DNA of 64,000 nucleotides from Clostridia bacterium (lineage in GTDB: Bacteria; Bacillota; Clostridia; Oscillospirales; CAG-272), in assembly GCA_017646005.1 (NCBI GenBank), contig JAGCNJ010000041.1, positions 3,363 to 67,362 on the forward strand. The letters run 5' to 3'. Below the pieces are notes generated by a model. The model did not search any database, had not been told where the DNA came from, and was given only the letters and a program-made list of their open reading frames with translations. Each line of letters opens with the position of its first letter. The first letter of the stretch is position 1. A program made the translations under genes and the position numbers. Shown in pieces: positions 9,891-18,543 of this stretch.

Positions 9891-12800
9891 ATGAAAAAAT
9901 CAAATCGCACAATTTCAATTTTCCTCTGTATAATAATGCTGCTTACATCGCTTCCCGCGATCAGCATTTCTGCAGAGGAAAGCTCGGTCGTTGCTATCGC
10001 AACCGACCTATATTATGTGTACGCATCAGGTTCAAAGCTCGATGTATCGCTTGAAAGCGATGATGACGGCGAGTATCTGCGCTTTAGTGCTGCACCCGGT
10101 ACATATGACAACAACGGACTTGTTGTCAACGTTTCCCATCACGACGTTGTAGCTCTCGATTATCCTTACATCAAGGTCGGCTACCGTACCGATTCACAGT
10201 CTGTCAAGGTAGATGTGAACATGGTCAGCTCAAAAGGTGAAAACTGGGTAAACAAACCGGCAGACCAGCTCAATAACAAGAACTGGAACGAGCTTATAAT
10301 TAATATCAATGACATCACCGGCGCAGGCGCAGACAAGATCCCCTCCCCCGGCGAAAAGGCTGTCAACCTCAGGCTAAAGCCCTGGATGAGCCATTCCAAG
10401 ACTCTTTCAACTCCTCAATACTACGACATAAGATACGTTGCTTACTTCAAAACAGAGGCTGACGCAAAGGCGTTCAAGTTCGACCCTAAAGCAGGCTACG
10501 ACGTTGCAGTTGATATGGAATTTATCAAGAGCATCCCTTACTACAAGGCAGATGACGCAACGCTCAACAAGTATATGAATGAAGCTCTTGCGCTTAAGGA
10601 TGATATCATTAGCAGCAAGACCGATGTAAAGTACACCGGCAAGGCTTACTATGTTTCATCCAAGGGTAACGACTTAAATGACGGTCTTACCCCCGCTACC
10701 GCATGGAAGAGCGTAACAAAGGTTTCAAACCAGGATTTTCTCAAGGAAGGCGATGCTGTCCTTTTCGAACGCGGCAGCATTTTCAGATTTGAAGGCGGAT
10801 TCACAACAAAAAAGGGTGTTACATACTCTACCTACGGAAGCGGCGCAAAGCCTAAGTTCATAGGCTCGATAGACGCGTCCTACCCTTCCGACTGGCTTGA
10901 AACGGGCGTTGAAAATGTATATGTTTACAAAAAGAGCCTCGGCGGTATAGAAGCTGACGTCGGACAGATCGTATTCGATATGGGCAGAGCCTGGGGCATC
11001 AAGCTCATGAGCGGCGTTTATATCGGTACAAACTCCAACGGTCTTGAAATGATCCCCTCAGAAACTCCCAAGGTAAACGGTCCCGAGGGTCTTAAGCACG
11101 ACCTTGAGTTCTGGCACGATGCTGAAAGCGGCAAGCTCTATCTCTATTCCAAGGAAGAAAACCCCGCAAAGCGCTTCTCTTCCATTGAGATTGTTGATAA
11201 GGGCAACGGCTTCTCAGGTAATGGTAACGGCGTAGTTATCGACAATCTCGATTTCTTCGGTTTCGGAAGCCACGGTATCGGCTACGGTGGAACGGTTACA
11301 AATCTCACCGTTCAGAACTGTGTATTCGGCTTTATCGGCGGCTCTCGTCAGGGTACTGACCCCAATACCACCACCCGTTTCGGTAACGCGGTTGAAATCT
11401 TCGGCGCGTGCGACGGATTTATTATAAGAAACTGCTTTGCGCACAACATTTATGACTGCTGTTGGACTATCCAGTTCCAGGGCGACCCCGGGGACAAGGG
11501 CAAGTGGTTCAAGAACGTTGAATTCTATAACAACGTAGCCTGCTATTCCAACACGGGTCTTGAAGTATGGATCAACAACAAGGGCCCCAACAGAGAGCTT
11601 TCGATGGGTATCGAAAATATGGATCTCCATCACAACTATACCTTCTATAACGGTTACGGCTGGAGCCAGCAGAGACCTAACAAGGACGGTAATATATTCT
11701 ACGGCGACCCGAGCATTACAACAACTCAGTACAAAAACTGCTCGGTGCACGATAACGTAGGTATGTTTGCTTCCAAGTGGCTCAACTATGTTCGTTATAC
11801 AGGTCTTGAGCATTATAACTTCAACAACAACGTATACTTCCAGCATAACAACAAGCTCTTCGGCGGCGTTGCCTTTAACCCTGCTAAGAGCGAAGGCACA
11901 ATCGGTCAGCACAAATACGATCAGGCAACTATGGGTATGCTTCTTGCAACAGGATTTGAGCCCGGCTCGGTATTCTACTACACAGAGCCTGATTACAAGA
12001 TCCCTCAGTACAACCCCGAAATCATGAAGTTTGATGATATAACCGAAAAGCACTGGGCTTATGACTACGTTGAAGCAGCGGTTATGAGAAATTACTTCAA
12101 CGGTACGTCCGAAACGACCTTCGCTCCCGATGCTTCCATGACACGCGCTATGCTCGTTACAGTGCTTTCGCGTATAACAGATGAAGAGATCAAGGTCGAA
12201 AAGGCTCCCTACACAGACGTTAATCAGTCCGCTTGGTATGCAAATGCGGTAAACTGGGCTTACAGCGCAGGACTTATCGCAGACGGCGTTACAAAATTCC
12301 GTCCCGACGATGCGGCGACCCGTGAGGAAATGGCAGATATGCTCTACCGCTTCACCCTCGGTCAGTACAAGGTAACGGCAATAACAGATCCTGCGCTTTC
12401 CTTCTCGGATGCGGCATCTGTTACCAAGGATTACGCGGCAGGCATATCCTTTGCTACGTCAAACGGAATCATATCGGGCTACACAGACGGTACTGTAAAG
12501 CCGAAGAATACCGCTACACGCGCCGAGGTTGCTACAATGATAAAGAGATTCGTTGATCTTTACAAATCTCTTAAGACCGATTTCAGCTACATTTCAAGTA
12601 AGACAGACTACGTTGTATTCACAGGCAACGAGCTCAACTCCATCACAGCGACCTCTCCCGGTGACAAGCGTATGATGAATACCGATACCGATTACCCGAT
12701 ATTAAGACTTATTCCTCAGCATCCCTCAAGCTCGGGCAATTACCCCAGACTTATGATGTTTGAACGTCTTTCCAAGGTAAATCTCGCTGATTATCCCTAT

Positions 12801-13850
12801 ATCAAGATCCGCCTTAAGGTTACTACCGAGGCAGACGAATTCAAGGTAACTCTTACCAAGAATGGTGAAGAAGGCGAAGCTATCGCGGAAATGACACCTA
12901 ATGACTGGGATACCGGAATCGTTTGCGTATACGATATGATCCGTCCCGGCAAGGCTTTCGACGGAAATTTCAACGGCGCACTTGCTATTTCCCCGTGGTC
13001 CGAGGGTGCAAAGCCTACCTACAACGTAGATACCGCAGATATCGAATATATCGGCTTCTTCCCCACCTATGCGGCGGCAGAGGCTTACAAGAGCGATCTT
13101 GAAGAAAATGCTGTAATGGTAAGCTTTTCTGTCGACGGCAAGGTAATAAGTGAGATTGCCGCAAAGAAGGGCGACACTCTCAAATACCCTGAGACCACGC
13201 CTTCAAAGTCCGCGAGCGTATTCAAGGGCTGGGACGTTGCAGAAGGTACGGTGATAAACGATAATCTCACAGTAAACGCAGTATTCGAAAAAACACCCGG
13301 TATGCCCTATGCTATGTTTGATGCAAGCAAGATCACGACAAAGATAAGCAATCACTTTGCCGAAAGCGTGCTTGAAGAAAACGGTAAAAAGTATCATCAC
13401 TTTGAAATCAAAGAAAATTCGGAATCTGCAGATGGTGTTCGCGTCTACACAAACTTTGCAAACGAAGCGTTTGATATAAAATCTGCGCCTGTTGCAAAGA
13501 TTGCTTTGAGAACAAATATAGCTTCATCTGATGCTCTTGATCTCAATGTATATCCTACCGCAAATCAGCGTATATGGGGCCCCAAGCCCAAATATACCGC
13601 AAAGGGTACCTGGACCGAAATGATACTCGATCTTTCTACGGCAAAGTTTATCGGCGGTGAGGGAGTTTCACAGGGACTTTCCGGCCCCGAATACTTCGAC
13701 ACATATTTTGACAACGGAGTATACGGTTTTCTCTTCAAGCCTTATCACCAAAACGGACTTGAAATGAAGGTCGGTGAATATATCGACATTATGGGCGTTG
13801 CATTCTTTGAAAGCGAAGCAGACGCAAATATGTTCTCGTTTGTAAAGTAA
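9891..13850 (+). CDS. giant secreted beta-helix protein, SLH-anchored paralog (N-module, beta-helix, 3xSLH, C1, Lis/Bac-like repeat, C2)
   Basis: I moved the start to ATG 9891 (MKKSNRTISIFLCIIMLLTSLPAISISA, RBS AGGAAAGGA). The ORF-track TTG start at 9849 is the last base of a TATAAT -10 box. Motifs are the same as in the other paralogs. SLH triad at ~12027-12565. Ends YIDIMGVAFFESEADANMF. Confidence 0.88.
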   Translation: MKKSNRTISIFLCIIMLLTSLPAISISAEESSVVAIATDLYYVYASGSKLDVSLESDDDGEYLRFSAAPGTYDNNGLVVNVSHHDVVALDYPYIKVGYRTDSQSVKVDVNMVSSKGENWVNKPADQLNNKNWNELIININDITGAGADKIPSPGEKAVNLRLKPWMSHSKTLSTPQYYDIRYVAYFKTEADAKAFKFDPKAGYDVAVDMEFIKSIPYYKADDATLNKYMNEALALKDDIISSKTDVKYTGKAYYVSSKGNDLNDGLTPATAWKSVTKVSNQDFLKEGDAVLFERGSIFRFEGGFTTKKGVTYSTYGSGAKPKFIGSIDASYPSDWLETGVENVYVYKKSLGGIEADVGQIVFDMGRAWGIKLMSGVYIGTNSNGLEMIPSETPKVNGPEGLKHDLEFWHDAESGKLYLYSKEENPAKRFSSIEIVDKGNGFSGNGNGVVIDNLDFFGFGSHGIGYGGTVTNLTVQNCVFGFIGGSRQGTDPNTTTRFGNAVEIFGACDGFIIRNCFAHNIYDCCWTIQFQGDPGDKGKWFKNVEFYNNVACYSNTGLEVWINNKGPNRELSMGIENMDLHHNYTFYNGYGWSQQRPNKDGNIFYGDPSITTTQYKNCSVHDNVGMFASKWLNYVRYTGLEHYNFNNNVYFQHNNKLFGGVAFNPAKSEGTIGQHKYDQATMGMLLATGFEPGSVFYYTEPDYKIPQYNPEIMKFDDITEKHWAYDYVEAAVMRNYFNGTSETTFAPDASMTRAMLVTVLSRITDEEIKVEKAPYTDVNQSAWYANAVNWAYSAGLIADGVTKFRPDDAATREEMADMLYRFTLGQYKVTAITDPALSFSDAASVTKDYAAGISFATSNGIISGYTDGTVKPKNTATRAEVATMIKRFVDLYKSLKTDFSYISSKTDYVVFTGNELNSITATSPGDKRMMNTDTDYPILRLIPQHPSSSGNYPRLMMFERLSKVNLADYPYIKIRLKVTTEADEFKVTLTKNGEEGEAIAEMTPNDWDTGIVCVYDMIRPGKAFDGNFNGALAISPWSEGAKPTYNVDTADIEYIGFFPTYAAAEAYKSDLEENAVMVSFSVDGKVISEIAAKKGDTLKYPETTPSKSASVFKGWDVAEGTVINDNLTVNAVFEKTPGMPYAMFDASKITTKISNHFAESVLEENGKKYHHFEIKENSESADGVRVYTNFANEAFDIKSAPVAKIALRTNIASSDALDLNVYPTANQRIWGPKPKYTAKGTWTEMILDLSTAKFIGGEGVSQGLSGPEYFDTYFDNGVYGFLFKPYHQNGLEMKVGEYIDIMGVAFFESEADANMFSFVK

Positions 13851-13860
13851 GCTTACACAA

Positions 13861-13891
13861 AAAGACCTTGCCATCGGGCAAGGTCTTTTTG
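13861..13891 (+). terminator. rho-independent terminator
   Basis: AAAGACCTTGCC-ATCG-GGCAAGGTCTTT perfect 12-bp stem followed by TT. Confidence 0.8.
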
Positions 13892-13895
13892 CATT

Positions 13896-13946
13896 CTATA
13901 TTTGTTCATCCCTCCCTATATTTGTTCACAATTCGGAGTGTATAAT
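13896..13946 (+). promoter_or_regulatory. promoter of 13981-18420 with two exact 13-nt direct repeats in place of a -35 box
   Basis: CTATATTTGTTCA at 13896-13908 and 13916-13928 (20 nt start to start). TATAAT at 13941-13946, preceded by TG. I see no recognisable TTGACA at 17-nt spacing. Confidence 0.6.
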
Positions 13947-13980
13947 CATAGTGTATATTTTTACATTGAGGAGATATTAT

Positions 13981-16900
13981 ATGAAAAGACGCGTTTGTTT
14001 GATTTTAACATTACTCGCGCTTCTCTGCCTGTTCTGCGCGATATGGGCAAGCAACGTATCCGGAACGGATGCTACACCATACTACGAAGCTGACAGTAAA
14101 ACCATTGAAAAATACACAAACGAGGCTATGGAGCTTGTAAAAAAGATCACAAACAGTCCCACCGAGGTTACCTGGACGGGTACGGCCTATTATATATCCG
14201 AAAACGGCAACGATTCAAATGACGGCCTTACTCCGACTACCGCATGGAAAAGCCCGCTTAAAGTATCGGAGGCGGATTTCTTGAAGCCCGGTGATGCAGT
14301 GCTGTTTGAACGTGGCGGCATCTATCGCTATGAAGGTACTATCACGACTGTTAAGGGCGTTACCTACTCTGCCTACGGAAGCGGCAAAAAGCCCAGGCTT
14401 ATCGGCTCTTACGATGCATCATATGAGGGTGCTTGGAAAGAGAGCGAATACGAAAACGTATATTACTTTGACAAGAGGATCGTAGGAGTACATTACGACG
14501 TTGGACAGATAGTATTCGATTTAGGCAAGGCGTGGGGTATCAAGGTACAGGATCACGTGGTTATAGGCGTTGCCTCCAACGGACTTGAAACTCTTGACCA
14601 CGGAACGCCGTCTATATCAAATCCGGGTGATCTTAAAAACGATCTTCAGTTCTGGCACGAATATGACAGCGGATACGTATATTTGTATTCAAAATACGGA
14701 AATCCCACCGACCGCTTTGACTCTATCGAGGTCGTTGACAGAGGAAACGCAATTGGCGGAAAAGGCACTGACGTTGTCATAGATAACCTTGAATTCTTCG
14801 GATTCGGAAGCCATGGCATCGGATACGGGCAGACCGAGAATCTTTTAGTTCAGAACTGCATATTCGGATTTATCGGCGGCTCCCGTATAAGAACCACCGA
14901 CGATCTCGGAAGATTCGGTAATGCGGTCGAGATATTCGGAAACGGTAACGGATATACGGTTAGAAACAACTTTGCCCACAACGTATATGACTGTTGCTGG
15001 ACTATCCAGTTCCAGGGTGATCCGGGTGAAAACGGAAAGCATTTCAAAAACGTTGAATTTGCAAACAACGTAAGCATGTTTTCGAATACAGGCCCCGAAA
15101 TATGGCTTGTAAATAATGACGGCAACCATCCCGATGCTCCTTCTTCAATGGAAAACGTGAGGGTCCACCACAACTACAATCTCTACAGCGGATACGGCTG
15201 GAGCCAGCAAAGACCTGTAAAGGACGCTAACTTCTTCTTCGGCGGTGAACGAGATGTCGGCTCAAAGAAGGAATTCATAAATTGCTCGGTAGACAACAAT
15301 GTAGTACTGTTTTCGACCAAATGGTTAAGCTACTTACGTTATCTCGGTCCCGACTATCACAACTTCAACAACAACGTATATTTCCAGCACAACGATAAGC
15401 TTTACGGCGGTATTCCCACCGATCCCGAAAACGCACTCGGCAAGCTTGTTGAATACAAGTACGATCTTGAAACCGTAAGCAATCTGCTTGAAAGCGGAAT
15501 CGAAGCAGGTTCAACCTTCTATTACGTTAACAGCGATTATGAAATAGCGCAGTACAGCCCGGAAATATTAAACTTCGAAGACATTAACAATCATTGGGCA
15601 CGCCGGAATATCCAAGCAACTATAATGCGCGGATATATGAACGGCATAAGTTCTTTTGAATTTGCGCCTAATGCTTCTATGACACGCTCGATGCTTACCA
15701 AGGTGCTTATGCGCCTTTACTACGACGATGAAGTGTTCACAGAAGCCCCTCTCTCCGATGTAAATCAGAGCTCGTGGTATTCAAGCTCGGTAAACTGGGC
15801 TTATAAACTCGGAATAATCGACAATAAACTCACAAAGTTCCGCCCCGACGAACCGATCACACGTGAGGAAATCGCTGATATGCTTTACAGACTCACCTAC
15901 AGCCGCTTCAAGTGTGAAAGCTACGAAGGAAAGGCACTTGATTTCACGGATGCGTCAAGTGTTTCTCCCGAATATGCGGCAGGTGTTGCGTTCGCAATAG
16001 AAAACGGTATTATATCGGGCTACACCGATGGACACGTAATGCCAAGAAACACTGCTACACGCGCCGAGGTGGTAACTATGATAAACAGATATTATGATCT
16101 TTACCACCAGCTTGAAACCGATTACAGCAGACTTACAACAAACAATACGACTTCCGTTGTATTTGACGCAAACGAGCTTTCCGGATTTGTTAAAGCAACA
16201 AATGGAAGCTTCTACGTGGAAAATCCCCAAACAGAAGCACCTGTACTTGTATTAAACCCGATTTACGGAAGCGGAAATTTCCCGAAGCTTGTAATAAACG
16301 AATCTACGGCAGATATAAATCTGTGCGATTACCCATATGTAAGATTCCATATTAAGCGTACAGGCAAGTCCAAGCTTTACAACGTTAAATTGGATAAAAG
16401 CAATGCTTCAAAGGACGGCGTTTACAACTTTGATTCCTCTGTATACGGCTATAACAGCTATATCTTCTGCGTATACGATATGTTCAAGCCGACAGAAATA
16501 TCAAACAGCTCAAAGGAGCTTTCGCTTACTCTTTCACCCTGGCATACGGGTGATGCTCCCGTATACGGCGTTGATACGGCAGAAATTGAATATATCGGAT
16601 TTTTCCCCTCTCTTGAAATGGCACAAAACTATGAGGGTGTATTTGAAAAGAACGGCGTAAAGGTAAGGTTCATCTTTGACGGTAAGGTCGTGGAAGAAGA
16701 ATATTTACTCTCTCAAAGCAAGTTTGAATATCCTGACATAAGCTTAAGCAAGCCCGGATATACCTTCAAGGGCTGGAGTATAGCCGAAGGTACTCTGATC
16801 ACAACCGACACCGATGTTTTTGCCGTATTTGAAAAAGCATCCGCTCAGCCCGTAGCGGTATACAATACCGATAATATGATCGTTACCGCAGGCACGGGAC

Positions 16901-18420
16901 TCGTCAGCTCGTATGAAAACGAAAACACAAAGAGCTACGTGCGCTTCAGCGTAACCGAAGACGGCAAGTCGGTTGATGGAACGTCTGCGACGATAGGACT
17001 TACAAATCTTGAATTTGATATAAAGAAAGCTCCTGTCGCAAAGGTACTTATGAGAACCAATATCGCTTCCTCGGACGTAATCGACCTGAACGTAGCAATT
17101 GCAAGCAACTGCAGGCTTTGGGGACCTAAGCCTGCATACGAAATCAAGAGTGAATGGTTTGAGCTTACGCTTGATTTTGCATCGTTAAACTATACCGGAG
17201 GTTCAAACGTTGACAAGGGACTTACCGCAAAGGAATACTATGAAAAGTACTTAAGCGGAAGCTTATACTCATTGATGTTCAAGCCCTATAAATCTGCAAA
17301 TACCGCTATGAAGAAGGGTGAGTACTTGGATATTCAAAGCATTGCATTCTTTGCAAATGAGGAAGATGCAAATGCATATTCCTTCGGTATGCCTGCATTG
17401 CTTCTTGACTCCAATAAGCTCACGGCTTTGGAAAACGACAAATTCACCGCACAGACCTTAAGCGAATTTTGCAACAGCTTTATTCGCCACACAGTTAAAG
17501 CAGACGGTAAGTCAAATCAGAACACAAGGATAACGCTCGGACTCGACAAGACCTACCGGGGAATTGAAAAAGCTCCGTTCGTCAAGCTTATGCTCAGAAC
17601 CAACATTGCATCTGCCGATAAGTTAAGCTTCGGACTTGGCAGTTCGACAGGCTCGGAGATTACAGGCACAAGCATAGAATACGGTCAAAAGGGACAGTGG
17701 TATGAGTACGTGCTTGATCTTTCAGATGCAGATTCAATTGAAGCAAGTTCGATCTTGATTTCTCCGTATTATGCAAACGAGATTGACATGAAGGCGGAAG
17801 AATATATAGATATTATGAGTATCGCTTTCTTCAAGAGCAAAAAGGACGCAATCGACTTTACCTACACATCTGTACCTACAGCGGCATTCACAGTCGACGG
17901 TATTACCCCTGTAGCAAGTGCCGATTTTACGCTCTCCACAGAAAATGAAAACGGCAAGAGATTTTACCGCTTCTATGTAAGTGAAAGCGGCAAATCGCTC
18001 GATTCAACAAGAGCTACGGCAGTATTGGATAATGCAAGCTTCAAGGTAAAGGACGCTCACATAGTCAAGCTGGCGATAAGAACAAACATTGCTTCCTCAA
18101 GTGCAATAGACTTCAATATTTACGTTGCTCAAAAAACGAGAATATGGGGACCTAAGCCCGAATACACTCGCAAGGGCGGATGGATGGAGCTCACGCTTGA
18201 TCTTTCCGCACTGAACTATACGGGCGGCGAAGGCGTCGAAAAGGGTCTTTCCCCGAATCAGTATTATGAAAAATATTTTACAAACAGTATTTATTCATTC
18301 ATGTTCAAGCCCTACTATCAGACCGGACGTGCTATGGTCAAGGGCGAATATTTCGATGTTTTGGGCATAGCATTCTTTGAGTCGCTCGAAGAAGCGGAAA
18401 AATTCTCGTTTATAAAGTAA
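13981..18420 (+). CDS. giant secreted beta-helix protein, SLH-anchored paralog (no N-module; C1 plus three tandem C2 modules)
   Basis: I moved the start to ATG 13981 (MKRRVCLILTLLALLCLFCAIWA, RBS GAGGAG). The track start at 13951 lies only 5 nt after the -10 box. SLH triad at ~15571-16110. Tandem C2 modules at 16837-17388, 17389-17871 (degenerate) and 17872-18417. Confidence 0.88.
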   Translation: MKRRVCLILTLLALLCLFCAIWASNVSGTDATPYYEADSKTIEKYTNEAMELVKKITNSPTEVTWTGTAYYISENGNDSNDGLTPTTAWKSPLKVSEADFLKPGDAVLFERGGIYRYEGTITTVKGVTYSAYGSGKKPRLIGSYDASYEGAWKESEYENVYYFDKRIVGVHYDVGQIVFDLGKAWGIKVQDHVVIGVASNGLETLDHGTPSISNPGDLKNDLQFWHEYDSGYVYLYSKYGNPTDRFDSIEVVDRGNAIGGKGTDVVIDNLEFFGFGSHGIGYGQTENLLVQNCIFGFIGGSRIRTTDDLGRFGNAVEIFGNGNGYTVRNNFAHNVYDCCWTIQFQGDPGENGKHFKNVEFANNVSMFSNTGPEIWLVNNDGNHPDAPSSMENVRVHHNYNLYSGYGWSQQRPVKDANFFFGGERDVGSKKEFINCSVDNNVVLFSTKWLSYLRYLGPDYHNFNNNVYFQHNDKLYGGIPTDPENALGKLVEYKYDLETVSNLLESGIEAGSTFYYVNSDYEIAQYSPEILNFEDINNHWARRNIQATIMRGYMNGISSFEFAPNASMTRSMLTKVLMRLYYDDEVFTEAPLSDVNQSSWYSSSVNWAYKLGIIDNKLTKFRPDEPITREEIADMLYRLTYSRFKCESYEGKALDFTDASSVSPEYAAGVAFAIENGIISGYTDGHVMPRNTATRAEVVTMINRYYDLYHQLETDYSRLTTNNTTSVVFDANELSGFVKATNGSFYVENPQTEAPVLVLNPIYGSGNFPKLVINESTADINLCDYPYVRFHIKRTGKSKLYNVKLDKSNASKDGVYNFDSSVYGYNSYIFCVYDMFKPTEISNSSKELSLTLSPWHTGDAPVYGVDTAEIEYIGFFPSLEMAQNYEGVFEKNGVKVRFIFDGKVVEEEYLLSQSKFEYPDISLSKPGYTFKGWSIAEGTLITTDTDVFAVFEKASAQPVAVYNTDNMIVTAGTGLVSSYENENTKSYVRFSVTEDGKSVDGTSATIGLTNLEFDIKKAPVAKVLMRTNIASSDVIDLNVAIASNCRLWGPKPAYEIKSEWFELTLDFASLNYTGGSNVDKGLTAKEYYEKYLSGSLYSLMFKPYKSANTAMKKGEYLDIQSIAFFANEEDANAYSFGMPALLLDSNKLTALENDKFTAQTLSEFCNSFIRHTVKADGKSNQNTRITLGLDKTYRGIEKAPFVKLMLRTNIASADKLSFGLGSSTGSEITGTSIEYGQKGQWYEYVLDLSDADSIEASSILISPYYANEIDMKAEEYIDIMSIAFFKSKKDAIDFTYTSVPTAAFTVDGITPVASADFTLSTENENGKRFYRFYVSESGKSLDSTRATAVLDNASFKVKDAHIVKLAIRTNIASSSAIDFNIYVAQKTRIWGPKPEYTRKGGWMELTLDLSALNYTGGEGVEKGLSPNQYYEKYFTNSIYSFMFKPYYQTGRAMVKGEYFDVLGIAFFESLEEAEKFSFIK
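16837..18417 (+). repeat. three tandem copies of the family C2 module (16837-17388, 17389-17871 degenerate, 17872-18417)
   Basis: Each copy has a ...[AP].VK[IL]..RTNIAS...D.N... stretch and ends EY[LIF]DI..IAFF....[DE]A..F. Copies 1 and 3 also carry R[IL]WGPKP.Y and LNYTGG..V.KGL...[EQ]YYEKY...S.YS.MFKPY. Confidence 0.85.
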
Positions 18421-18433
18421 ACCAAAGCAAAAG

Positions 18434-18466
18434 GTCTGTCGGAATTCCGGCAGACTTTTTGCTTTT
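18434..18466 (+). terminator. rho-independent terminator
   Basis: GTCTGTCGG-AATT-CCGGCAGAC stem followed by TTTTTGCTTTT. Confidence 0.75.
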
Positions 18467-18470
18467 ATAT

Positions 18471-18501
18471 CTATATTTGTTCATATTTGTTAATGTATAA
18501 T
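18471..18501 (+). promoter_or_regulatory. promoter of the beta-mannosidase gene carrying the same 13-nt motif
   Basis: CTATATTTGTTCA at 18471-18483, followed by the half-copy TATTTGTTAA. TATAAT at 18496-18501. The motif-to-TATAAT distance (25 nt) is identical to that at 13916/13941. Confidence 0.6.
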
Positions 18502-18543
18502 ATATTCACCACTTGTAAAAATCAGAAATAAGGAGTATCAAAA

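Noticed and set aside
11214-12053. Long antisense or out-of-frame ORFs inside the large genes. Examples: 3273-3803 (-), 11214-12053 (-), 4647-5189 (-), 37935-38708 (+), 39811-40467 (+), 52139-52840 (-), 56573-57094 (+), 58181-58915 (+) and 62480-63550 (-).
   Set aside because: They fully overlap CDSs that have strong motif support. They have low-complexity or Cys/Arg/Val-rich translations with no recognisable motifs, and no RBS or promoter context. They are typical shadow ORFs.
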